The notes under the pieces: model-generated | Database searches by the model: none | What the model was told of the DNA's origin: nothing | The model's input: only the letters and a program-made list of their open reading frames with translations | Translations under genes and position numbers: made by a program | Part shown: positions 48,794 through 56,610 of the stretch, piece after piece | How positions within the stretch are numbered: the stretch's first letter is position 1 | How the letters are laid out: every line of letters begins with the position of its first letter | Assembly (NCBI GenBank): GCA_022508745.1 | Contig: JAFLUP010000004.1 | Span: 1 to 56,610, forward strand | Direction of reading: 5' to 3' | DNA length: 56,610 nt | Source of the DNA: Oscillospiraceae bacterium | GTDB lineage: Bacteria; Bacillota; Clostridia; Oscillospirales; CAG-382

Positions 48794-49624
48794 TTAGATT
48801 ACCAGATCGGCTACGATCGCCGCAATGCCGATCAAAACAGAGTAGATGCTAAATACGGTGAAACCCTTTTTTCGGGAAAAGAACTGCAAAAGCCGGATCG
48901 CCCCCAGCCCGACGACGAACGCTGTAAGAGACCCGATGATGCAGGGCGCAAGATCAACACCGTCATTCAAAAAATCAGGCAGTTTTAGCACACAGGCGCC
49001 CAGAATCGCCGGGATCGACATCAGGAAGGAGAAACGTACGGCGTCCTCCCGCGTAAAATTGCAGAATCGACCGCCGGTGATGGTGGAACCGGAGCGGGAA
49101 ATACCGGGCAGCACACCGAAGACCTGCACGCAACCTACGAGGAAAGGGCGAAGCCAGCCGGCGTTTTCCAGCGTCAGCTTGCCGGAAGCGATTCGGTCGC
49201 TTAGCCAGAGCATCCCGCCGTTGATGATCAGCAGGATCCCAACGATCCAGCTGAAATTACCGATCGCTTCGACGCGGTCGGAAAGCAGGACGATGGGGAT
49301 CAGCGGCAGTGTGGCTAAACAGAGCATCAGGAACAGCCGCTCGTCCAACGCCAACTGCTCTTTCTTTTGCCCCCAAAGCTTGCCAGTGAACAGCTTGCGC
49401 AGCAGGGAAAAGAACCCCCGAATGACAAGGAATACCTCCCGGCGCAGCATGATCAGCACCGCAAACAGCGTTGCGAGGTGCAGAAGGATGTCAAAGGCGA
49501 GATTATCCGCCTCTGCAGCGCCGAAGAAATTGTGTGCCAGCGCCAAATGGCCGGAGCTGGAGATGGGGAGAAATTCTGCGATCCCCTGCAACAACCCGTA
49601 GAAAAATGCTTGCAGATTGCCCAT
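48794..49624 (-). CDS. uppP: undecaprenyl-diphosphate phosphatase (BacA)
   Basis: QGIAEFLPISSSGHL, PGISRSGSTI, FSFLMSIP. Confidence 0.96.
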   Translation of the reverse strand: MGNLQAFFYGLLQGIAEFLPISSSGHLALAHNFFGAAEADNLAFDILLHLATLFAVLIMLRREVFLVIRGFFSLLRKLFTGKLWGQKKEQLALDERLFLMLCLATLPLIPIVLLSDRVEAIGNFSWIVGILLIINGGMLWLSDRIASGKLTLENAGWLRPFLVGCVQVFGVLPGISRSGSTITGGRFCNFTREDAVRFSFLMSIPAILGACVLKLPDFLNDGVDLAPCIIGSLTAFVVGLGAIRLLQFFSRKKGFTVFSIYSVLIGIAAIVADLVI

Positions 49625-49681
49625 TTTGCCCGAATGACCGCCTTTCAGAGGGAGCGTTCCGCCCGAAACAGGCGGGTTCTA

Positions 49682-51235
49682 TCAGGAATTCTGTTCCTGG
49701 ATCAGTTGGATGGTATCATCCAGTGCGCTCTGGATGGAATCCATGGAGCTTTCAAATCTGGAGGCATAGTCCATATCAAGGGAACGGAAAATGCCGAGCA
49801 TACCACCCCAATTATATGCAGGACCATGGTCAAACAGACGTGTGGCGAAGATCAGATCCAGCATTTCGCCGGATTCGTTATCCCGCAGATCCCGGTATTT
49901 GAGTTGGGTATCATAAAAGACAGGGGTAAGCAGTTCCTGGGATTTCATCGCCAGCGCTTCGATCACCAGCCCCAGCTCCTCCGCGCCCTGCACGCCATAG
50001 GGGATGGCAAGAAACGTGGTGCCGTAGGTGGAGACGGTGTGGTAGTAATTGTCCTGATTCTGGAAGGTTTTCGGGATGGGGAGCACGCCGATGTCGTCCT
50101 CCATGTCGCGGAACGCGGCGAGGTTGAACAGACCGCCCATGTAGAACAGTTCGCGACCTTCGCGGAAGGCCTTGTTGACGGTGTCCTCGAACTCGTTCTG
50201 CAAATGGGAGTGGCTGCCGTCGTCCGCCACCATCACGTCGGCGGAGCGGTAAAACGCGGTGATAGCGTCCAGCGCGCTGTAATGCCGCTGCGGGTTATTC
50301 TTGAAAGCGATGTAGGGCAGGTCGTTTTCGTCCTTCTCGATGAGGTGCAGACCGCCGCCCAACACCTGTACGAAGATGTTGTACGTCTCCGTACCTAACG
50401 CCCACTGATCACGCTCATTGATACCATCGCCGTCCAAATCGACGGTGATGCCCTTGCAGACTTCCATGAAGTGGTCCAACGTCCAATTCCCGTCACGGAC
50501 GGTTTGATAAAAATCTTCTTCGATACTCAAACGATTCTTGAGGGATTTATTAAAGATCACACAGAAGGTGCCGAGATCGTCAAAGGTATTGATGTCGCCG
50601 TTGACATAGAACAGCTTGTGCGCGATGGAAAGCTGGCTGACAGCGTTCTGATCCCACCAGGAGTTGTTGAGGTTGAGGGTATGGATGCTGTTCAGATCCA
50701 TCAGAGTTCCGGCCTGTGACATAGAGACAAGGGAAGCCAGGTTGGTGAAAATCATGTCATAGTCATGCGTGTCGGAAATCACCATGTTCTGTACCAACTG
50801 CACCAGATCGTTGGAGTTGTCCAGCACGCCGTCCACGGTGCAACCGTACAGTGATTCCACATAATCAATGATCGCTTTTTTTGCCACATCCACCGAGGAG
50901 GCGTTTCCCTCCTGGCTGTAAAGGACCTCACCGGTATAGCCTTGGATGGCGGAGGTGGTGAAATCTTTGCATAGAATGTTGATCTTGCGCCCGGTCAGAT
51001 CGACCACTGCGGGGGGCAGGTCGGAGGACTCCGCGTCGGAAGGGCCGGACGTCTCGGAATCGGCGTCGGAGGACTCCTGCGCGGAGGTCTCTGCATCCGG
51101 CGAGCCGTTCCCCGCCGAAGAATTGCTTCCGCCGGTTCCTTCCTCTCCGCAGGCGCAGAGAAGGACGGTTGCAAATGCAAGCAGCAGCGCAAACAGACAC
51201 GCGATTACGCGGGATATGCTTTTTGTTCGCTTCAT
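49682..51235 (-). CDS. lipoprotein, extracellular solute-binding protein (sugar-type ABC SBP-like)
   Basis: LCAC lipobox, Ser-rich tether, NSWWDQN, GNWTLD, GVLPIPK, RDNESGEMLDLI. Confidence 0.8.
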   Translation of the reverse strand: MKRTKSISRVIACLFALLLAFATVLLCACGEEGTGGSNSSAGNGSPDAETSAQESSDADSETSGPSDAESSDLPPAVVDLTGRKINILCKDFTTSAIQGYTGEVLYSQEGNASSVDVAKKAIIDYVESLYGCTVDGVLDNSNDLVQLVQNMVISDTHDYDMIFTNLASLVSMSQAGTLMDLNSIHTLNLNNSWWDQNAVSQLSIAHKLFYVNGDINTFDDLGTFCVIFNKSLKNRLSIEEDFYQTVRDGNWTLDHFMEVCKGITVDLDGDGINERDQWALGTETYNIFVQVLGGGLHLIEKDENDLPYIAFKNNPQRHYSALDAITAFYRSADVMVADDGSHSHLQNEFEDTVNKAFREGRELFYMGGLFNLAAFRDMEDDIGVLPIPKTFQNQDNYYHTVSTYGTTFLAIPYGVQGAEELGLVIEALAMKSQELLTPVFYDTQLKYRDLRDNESGEMLDLIFATRLFDHGPAYNWGGMLGIFRSLDMDYASRFESSMDSIQSALDDTIQLIQEQNS

Positions 51236-51505
51236 GGATGTTCTCCTGTTTGAGCAAATTACATATATCAATATGTTCATTATAACATAATTCCTTTAGA
51301 ATGTCAAGTTTTCCGCTTGAAAAAAGGGTTTTTTGTTGTGTAGATTCCTTTTTTTCTGCCGGAGAAAACAAGTCAAAAAACCGTTAATTTTGTCGCTAAA
51401 ACAGAAAAAATCTCTTGCATTTTTGAGGATAATATGGTATCTTATGATAGGTTTTTCATGTGATAGGTACAAGCTCCCGAAAAATTGACAGTTTTGGAGG
51501 CATTT

Positions 51506-54500
51506 ATGGCAATTTTCAAATGCAAATCATGCGGCGGCTCGTTGGAGATCAAAGAAGGCGACAGCGTTGCGGTATGCGAGTACTGCAACAACCCGCAGAC
51601 CTTGCCGAGGCTCGACAGCGAGAAAAAGGTGACGCTTTATGACCGCGCGAACCATTTCCGCCGGAATAACGAGTTCGACAAGGCGATGTCCATCTACGAG
51701 CAGATCCTCAACGAGGATACCAGCGACGCGGAAGCCTACTGGTCGCTTGTGCTTTGCCGATACGGGATCGAATACGTGGAGGACCCCGCCACGCACAAAC
51801 GGATTCCGACGGTCAACCGCACCCAGCCGACTTCGATTTACGCCGACGAAAACTACAAGGCAGCCATTGCCAATGCCGACCTGCTGCAGAGAGAGATCTA
51901 CGAAGCGGAGGCAAAAGCCATCGACGAGATCCAAAAGGGGATCCTTGCCATTTCCGAGAAGGAGAAACCTTTTGACATTTTCATTTGCTACAAGGAAACC
52001 GACGCAAACGGTCAGCGCACCCGCGACAGCGTTCTCGCCAATGACATTTACCATCTGTTGAGCAACGAAGGGTACAAGGTGTTCTTCTCCAGGATCACTT
52101 TGGAGGACAAGCTGGGCAGCGCATACGAGCCGTACATATTTGCCGCACTCCATTCTGCCAAGGTGATGGTCGTTCTCGGCACCAAGAAGGAGTATTTCCA
52201 TGCGCCGTGGGTCATGAATGAGTGGAAGCGCTTTCAGGCGCTGATCCAAAGCGGCGAAGAAAAGACGCTGATCCCCGCATACCGCGATATGGATCCCTAT
52301 GATCTGCCGGAAGAATTCTCCTTCCTGCAGGCTCTTGATATGTCGAAGCTGGGCTTCATGCAGGATCTCCTCCACGGGATTCGTAAGATTGTCCCCGTGA
52401 ACGGTTCGAAGGCCGCTGCGGGATCAGACGCCTCCTCCGCGGGGGACGCAAATTCCCAGGCGTTGCTGAAGCGTGCCTTCCTGTTTTTGGAGGACCGTAA
52501 TTGGAAGAGTGCGGACGAATACTGCGAAAAGGTGCTGGACACCAATCCCGAGAACGCGCAGGCGTATCTCGGCAAGCTGCTGGCGGAACTGCGCGTTTCC
52601 AACCGGGAACAGCTCAAGCGGATGAGCACGCCTTTCGACGACAGGGCGAACTATAAAAACACCCTGCGCTTTGCAGATCCGGAGCTTGCAAACTTTTTGC
52701 AGCGGACCGTTTCCGACATCCGGGAACGCAACGAAGCGGAACGCGTCGCAGGGATCTACGAAGACGGCGTTTCCAAGATGCGATCGGCGCATACAGAGAG
52801 CGCTTTTCGGTCGGCGGCGGTCGCTTTTGGGAAGATTATCGGCTATAAAGATGCGGAAACCCTTGCCAATCAATGCCTTGCGCAGGCGGAGACCTGCCGG
52901 AAGGATGAGGTCTACGCCAAGGCGATCCAGCAGGCGACAACGGCGAAGTACAGCAGCCTGCAGCAGGGGATCGAGGCGCACCTTTCCGCCATTCGGTCGA
53001 TGGAGAGCATCTCCGGCTGGCGGGACGCCGATCAAAAGATCGTGGAATTCCAGAAGGATCTCGAGGAACTGCGCGTTCGGGAAAAAGAAGAGATTGCCCT
53101 CGCGGAAGCGGAGCGGCGCGCCGAGGAAAAGAGACGTCAGGCGGAGCTGGATCGCGAAAAACGGAAGAGAACCGTCCGTAAGGCGAAAAAGTTGATCAAG
53201 CGGGCGGTGATCCTGGGCGCCATCGTGGCGTTTGTCTTTGGTGTGATCTGGCCGAAGATGATCCGGCCTAACCTCTCCACAGACGATATCTATTCACCGG
53301 AAATCGTAAGGACCTATTCCGGCACGGTGGATAAATCCACGCGGTACGAAACGGACAAATGGAATCATATCTTTACCATCCTATCCTGTGAGGAATCCGG
53401 GGAAGTCACCGCGACTTGGGAATTCATGCACAACGGGAATTACGGCAAGTATCATCTCACCGGGCAGATCGTGGATAAGAAAAACAACGGAAATATCAAG
53501 ATCGAATTTACCGCCACCAGCTGGGAAGTGCAGCCGGAGGGATATGAGTGGACGAGCAATTTCACCGCCGAAATTTCGGATCACGCAACGACCTGGTATG
53601 GGGATGGCGTGACGCTGTCGGCCGGCACGAGCGATTCCTACGATATCAAAACGGCTTCCGACTTTCGTAAGCTCACAAACTCCGACGGTTTGTATATTCT
53701 CAAGAATGATATCGATCTGGGCGGAAGCGATTGGACGCCCATCGAGGGCTTCAGCGGTACGTTGATCGGCAACGGGTTCACCATCAAAAACCTCACCATC
53801 GAGAGTTCGGCGGACAATATCGGCTTCTTTGCCACCCTCGACGGGTTTGTCAGCAGCTTGAACTTTGAAAATGCGAAAGTGAAGGTTTCCGGGCGCAAGG
53901 AGAACATCGGTATCCTTTGCGGCAGCTTGAACGGCACGGCGGTGAACATTTCCACCTCCGGAAGCGTTGAAGCGCCGATCGGCACCAACGTGGGTGGCAT
54001 CATCGGTAAAGTCGTGAACGAGGGAAGCTATGCGCTGGCTTCGCTGAAAAATACGGCGACGGTGTCCGGCAACGAGAAAGTGGGCGGCGTGATCGGCAGC
54101 GCGGAGGACAGCATCAGTAAGTATGATAGTTTTACCGTCACGATGCACGGTTTGGAGAACACTGCTTCCGTTACGGCAAGCGGAGCTTATGTCGGCGGTA
54201 TTGCGGGATATGTATTCCTCGATAACACCAACGGCAGCAGCTACCACATCACTCTGCACGCGGCGGAATTGGTCAATACCGGTCATGTAAAGGGCAGTTC
54301 CTTTGCGGGCGGTATCTTCGGATACGCCGGGACGGATTCCACGGAATCTTATCTGCAGGACAGCTCCAACGCGTCTGCGGTCACGGCGGAATGTTACGTC
54401 GGCGCCGTAGCGGGGCAGTTGTACTATATTACGCTGGATAGCTGTAAAAACGACGGTTCCACCGTTTCCGGCACCGGATACTACGCGGAAAACGGTGAAA

Positions 54501-55648
54501 AGTACGCGTTTGTGGGCGGTTTCGTCGGCCGCGGGTATTTGGCGAATAGCTGCACCAATACGGTGGAAATCGCTTATGACGGCGGCGGCGCATACGTGGG
54601 CGGTATCATCGGCTACACCGATGCGATAGGCAGCTATACCATGTCCGGTTTGAAAAACACAGCCGCGATCTCCGGGAATGATTGCGTCGGCGGTATCATC
54701 GGCGGCATGGCGAACATCGTTAGCAAGTATGATAACTATACCGTTTCCATGAGCGGCATGGAAAATACCGCTTCCGTTACGGCAAGCGGGGACTATGCCG
54801 GAGGAATCGTGGGGTATTTATTCCTTGAAAATACCAACGGCAGCTACACCGTCGCTTTGTACGCGACGGAACTGGCGAATACCGGCGATATCAAAGGAAA
54901 TGCCTATGTGGGCGGTATCTTCGGATACGCCGGGACGGATTCCGAGGAGTCCTATTTGCAGGATAGCTCCAATGCGTCCGCGGTCACGGCGGAATATTAC
55001 GTCGGTGCCGTGGCGGGGCAGTTAGAGATCATTAAGCTGTACAGCTGTAAAAACAACGGCTCCACCGTTTCCGCCACCGGATACGAAGTGGTGGATGGCG
55101 AAAAGTACGCGTTTGTGGGCGGCTTCGTCGGTCGCGGGTATACGGCAGATGCGTGTACGAATACGGTGGAGATCGCATATGACGCCGGCGGCGCATACGT
55201 GGGCGGTATCATGGGCTACACCGACGCGGCGGGAGAGTATTCCATGTCCGTTTTGAAAAACACTGCCGATATCTCCGGCAACAACTATGTGGGCGGTATC
55301 TTCGGCGGCATGGAGAACCGGGTCGATAAATACAGCAATTATACGGTTTCGCTGCATACGTTTGAGAATACCGGGTCGATCACTGCAAGCGGGAACTACG
55401 TGGGCGGTATCGCCGGATCGCTGGACTTTGGCAACAGCTGCGGCAAGAATTACAGCGTCACCCTATATGCTACGGCGATGACCAATTCCGGGAATGTGAA
55501 AGGGAATTCTTATGTGGGCGGTATCTTCGGATACGCCAAGACGGATTCGGAGAATTCCTCCATGACGGATACCAACGCAACGGGCGAGGTGTCCGGCAAG
55601 TCATCCGGAACCGTCAACGGGAAAGCGGAAAACCTTACGGAGAAGTGA
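51506..55648 (+). CDS. single-pass membrane TIR-domain protein: Zn ribbon-TPR-TIR-TPR-coiled coil-TM-extracellular GLUG-like repeats
   Basis: CKSCGG..CEYC; FDIFICYKE...KVFFS...IFAALHSAKVMVV...WVMNEW...LIPAY (TIR); TM AVILGAIVAFVFGVIW; LKNDIDLGGSDWTPI; many YVGGIxG motifs. Confidence 0.85.
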   Translation: MAIFKCKSCGGSLEIKEGDSVAVCEYCNNPQTLPRLDSEKKVTLYDRANHFRRNNEFDKAMSIYEQILNEDTSDAEAYWSLVLCRYGIEYVEDPATHKRIPTVNRTQPTSIYADENYKAAIANADLLQREIYEAEAKAIDEIQKGILAISEKEKPFDIFICYKETDANGQRTRDSVLANDIYHLLSNEGYKVFFSRITLEDKLGSAYEPYIFAALHSAKVMVVLGTKKEYFHAPWVMNEWKRFQALIQSGEEKTLIPAYRDMDPYDLPEEFSFLQALDMSKLGFMQDLLHGIRKIVPVNGSKAAAGSDASSAGDANSQALLKRAFLFLEDRNWKSADEYCEKVLDTNPENAQAYLGKLLAELRVSNREQLKRMSTPFDDRANYKNTLRFADPELANFLQRTVSDIRERNEAERVAGIYEDGVSKMRSAHTESAFRSAAVAFGKIIGYKDAETLANQCLAQAETCRKDEVYAKAIQQATTAKYSSLQQGIEAHLSAIRSMESISGWRDADQKIVEFQKDLEELRVREKEEIALAEAERRAEEKRRQAELDREKRKRTVRKAKKLIKRAVILGAIVAFVFGVIWPKMIRPNLSTDDIYSPEIVRTYSGTVDKSTRYETDKWNHIFTILSCEESGEVTATWEFMHNGNYGKYHLTGQIVDKKNNGNIKIEFTATSWEVQPEGYEWTSNFTAEISDHATTWYGDGVTLSAGTSDSYDIKTASDFRKLTNSDGLYILKNDIDLGGSDWTPIEGFSGTLIGNGFTIKNLTIESSADNIGFFATLDGFVSSLNFENAKVKVSGRKENIGILCGSLNGTAVNISTSGSVEAPIGTNVGGIIGKVVNEGSYALASLKNTATVSGNEKVGGVIGSAEDSISKYDSFTVTMHGLENTASVTASGAYVGGIAGYVFLDNTNGSSYHITLHAAELVNTGHVKGSSFAGGIFGYAGTDSTESYLQDSSNASAVTAECYVGAVAGQLYYITLDSCKNDGSTVSGTGYYAENGEKYAFVGGFVGRGYLANSCTNTVEIAYDGGGAYVGGIIGYTDAIGSYTMSGLKNTAAISGNDCVGGIIGGMANIVSKYDNYTVSMSGMENTASVTASGDYAGGIVGYLFLENTNGSYTVALYATELANTGDIKGNAYVGGIFGYAGTDSEESYLQDSSNASAVTAEYYVGAVAGQLEIIKLYSCKNNGSTVSATGYEVVDGEKYAFVGGFVGRGYTADACTNTVEIAYDAGGAYVGGIMGYTDAAGEYSMSVLKNTADISGNNYVGGIFGGMENRVDKYSNYTVSLHTFENTGSITASGNYVGGIAGSLDFGNSCGKNYSVTLYATAMTNSGNVKGNSYVGGIFGYAKTDSENSSMTDTNATGEVSGKSSGTVNGKAENLTEK
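53985..55560 (+). repeat. ~603-606 bp (201-202 aa) internal tandem repeat, about 2.5 copies
   Basis: GGCGGTATCTTCGGATACGCC recurs at 54308, 54911 and 55517; peptide blocks such as SYLQDSSNASAVTAE and EKYAFVGGFVGRGY are repeated. Confidence 0.9.
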
Positions 55649-55669
55649 TCTTTCCTGTCGGGAACGATC

Positions 55670-55760
55670 AAGGATGGCGGATACGCAAAATGCGTCCGTC
55701 ATCCTTTTTTAGGGGGAAGATAGAAAGGGAGCCGGTTCCGTGGAACCGGCTCCTGATTTT
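55670..55760. terminator. two hairpins terminating convergent genes
   Basis: AAGGATGGCGGA...TCCGTCATCCTTTTTT and GGAGCCGGTTCC-GT-GGAACCGGCTCC. Confidence 0.7.
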
Positions 55761-55772
55761 TATGAGTTGTGC

Positions 55773-56610
55773 TTACTGATTTTCGATCCGATCGACGGTG
55801 TCTTCCATAGCGAGCTGAATCGCGTCCATGGCGGCGTCCAGTCTGGAGGCGTAGTTGGTGTTGACCTCCTGGAAGATGTGAAGGATGCTGCCCCAGTTGT
55901 ATGCCGGACCGTGGTCGAAGGAACGGGTGGCAAAGATCAGATCCAGCACCTCGCCGGATTCATCGTCATGCAGGTCGCGGTACTTGAGCTGGGTGTCGTA
56001 GAAGGCAGGCGTGACAAGCTCTTTGGATTTCATTGCAATGGCTTCGATCACCAGACCCAGATCCTCCACGTCCGGCACGTTCCGGGGGATCGCCATGTAG
56101 GAGGTGTTGCCGGTGGTCACCGTGTGGTAGTACTTTTCCTGATCCGCAAAGGTCTTCGGAATGGGCAGCACGCCGATGTCGTCCTCCATGTCGCGGAACG
56201 CGGCGAGATTGAACAGACCGCCCATGTAGAACAGCTCGCGTCCCTCGCGGAAGGCTTTGTTGATGGTCTCCTCCCAGACGTTTTGGTACTGCGGGAAGGA
56301 ACCGTCGTCTGCTACCATGACGTCGGAGGATTTATAGAAGGAGATGATCTTGTCCAGCGCGCTGTAGGTCCGCTGCGGGTTGTCCTTGAAGGCGATGAAG
56401 GGTCTGTCATCCTCGTCTTTTTCGATGAGGTGCAGCCCGCCGCCCAACACCTGCACGAACACATTGTAGGTCTCCGTACCGAATGCCCACTGGTCATGTT
56501 CGTTGATGCCGTCGCCGTCCAAATCAATGGTAATGTCCTTGCAGACCTCCATAAAGTGATCCAGCGTCCAATCGCCTTTGCGGACGGTTTCATAGAAATC
56601 TTCTTCGATG
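55773..56610 (-). CDS. solute-binding lipoprotein paralogue (5' end outside window)
   Basis: Extensive identity with the 49682-51235 protein (AFREGRELFYMGGLFNLAAFRDMEDDIGVLPIPKTF); frame open to the window edge. Confidence 0.85.
   Translation of the reverse strand, partial: IEEDFYETVRKGDWTLDHFMEVCKDITIDLDGDGINEHDQWAFGTETYNVFVQVLGGGLHLIEKDEDDRPFIAFKDNPQRTYSALDKIISFYKSSDVMVADDGSFPQYQNVWEETINKAFREGRELFYMGGLFNLAAFRDMEDDIGVLPIPKTFADQEKYYHTVTTGNTSYMAIPRNVPDVEDLGLVIEAIAMKSKELVTPAFYDTQLKYRDLHDDESGEVLDLIFATRSFDHGPAYNWGSILHIFQEVNTNYASRLDAAMDAIQLAMEDTVDRIENQ

Noticed and set aside
49800-56610. Duplicated SBP segments as a possible diversity-generating retroelement TR/VR pair
   Set aside because: Differences are mostly synonymous and not adenine-specific, both copies are coding, and no reverse transcriptase is in the window

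Overview
GC-rich chromosomal window from a spore-forming, Clostridia-like Firmicute (inferred from a GerA-family gene, dockerins and sigma-A-type promoters). In order: (1) a complete argG-H-C-J-B-D-F operon with ARG-box-like operators; (2) tRNA-Ala(CGC), followed by an AT-rich decayed integrative islet containing a truncated tyrosine integrase, small ORFs and two promoter-terminator units that look non-coding; (3) a four-gene corrinoid methyltransferase module whose RACo-type activator is fused to a DUF2284-like Cys-rich domain, plus a MIP channel; (4) two tandem secreted dockerin-DUF4127 paralogues; (5) a topB-mutY-recQ-yfcE cluster; (6) a transmembrane Ser/Thr kinase, PP2C phosphatase and double-FHA ABCG-type transporter cluster; (7) housekeeping, metal and sporulation genes (nagB, galM, a COG0523 pair, a gerA-like gene, a degenerate M23 protein, oxidoreductases, ftsK, uppP); (8) a ~1380-aa single-pass membrane protein with a cytoplasmic Zn-ribbon/TPR/TIR part and a large extracellular GLUG-like repeat region, lying between two paralogous solute-binding-protein genes. 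The best candidates for new biology are this Toll-like TIR receptor, the kinase/PP2C/FHA-ABC module, the RACo-DUF2284 corrinoid module and the dockerin-DUF4127 pair. All family calls come from reading motifs by eye; no database searches were run.
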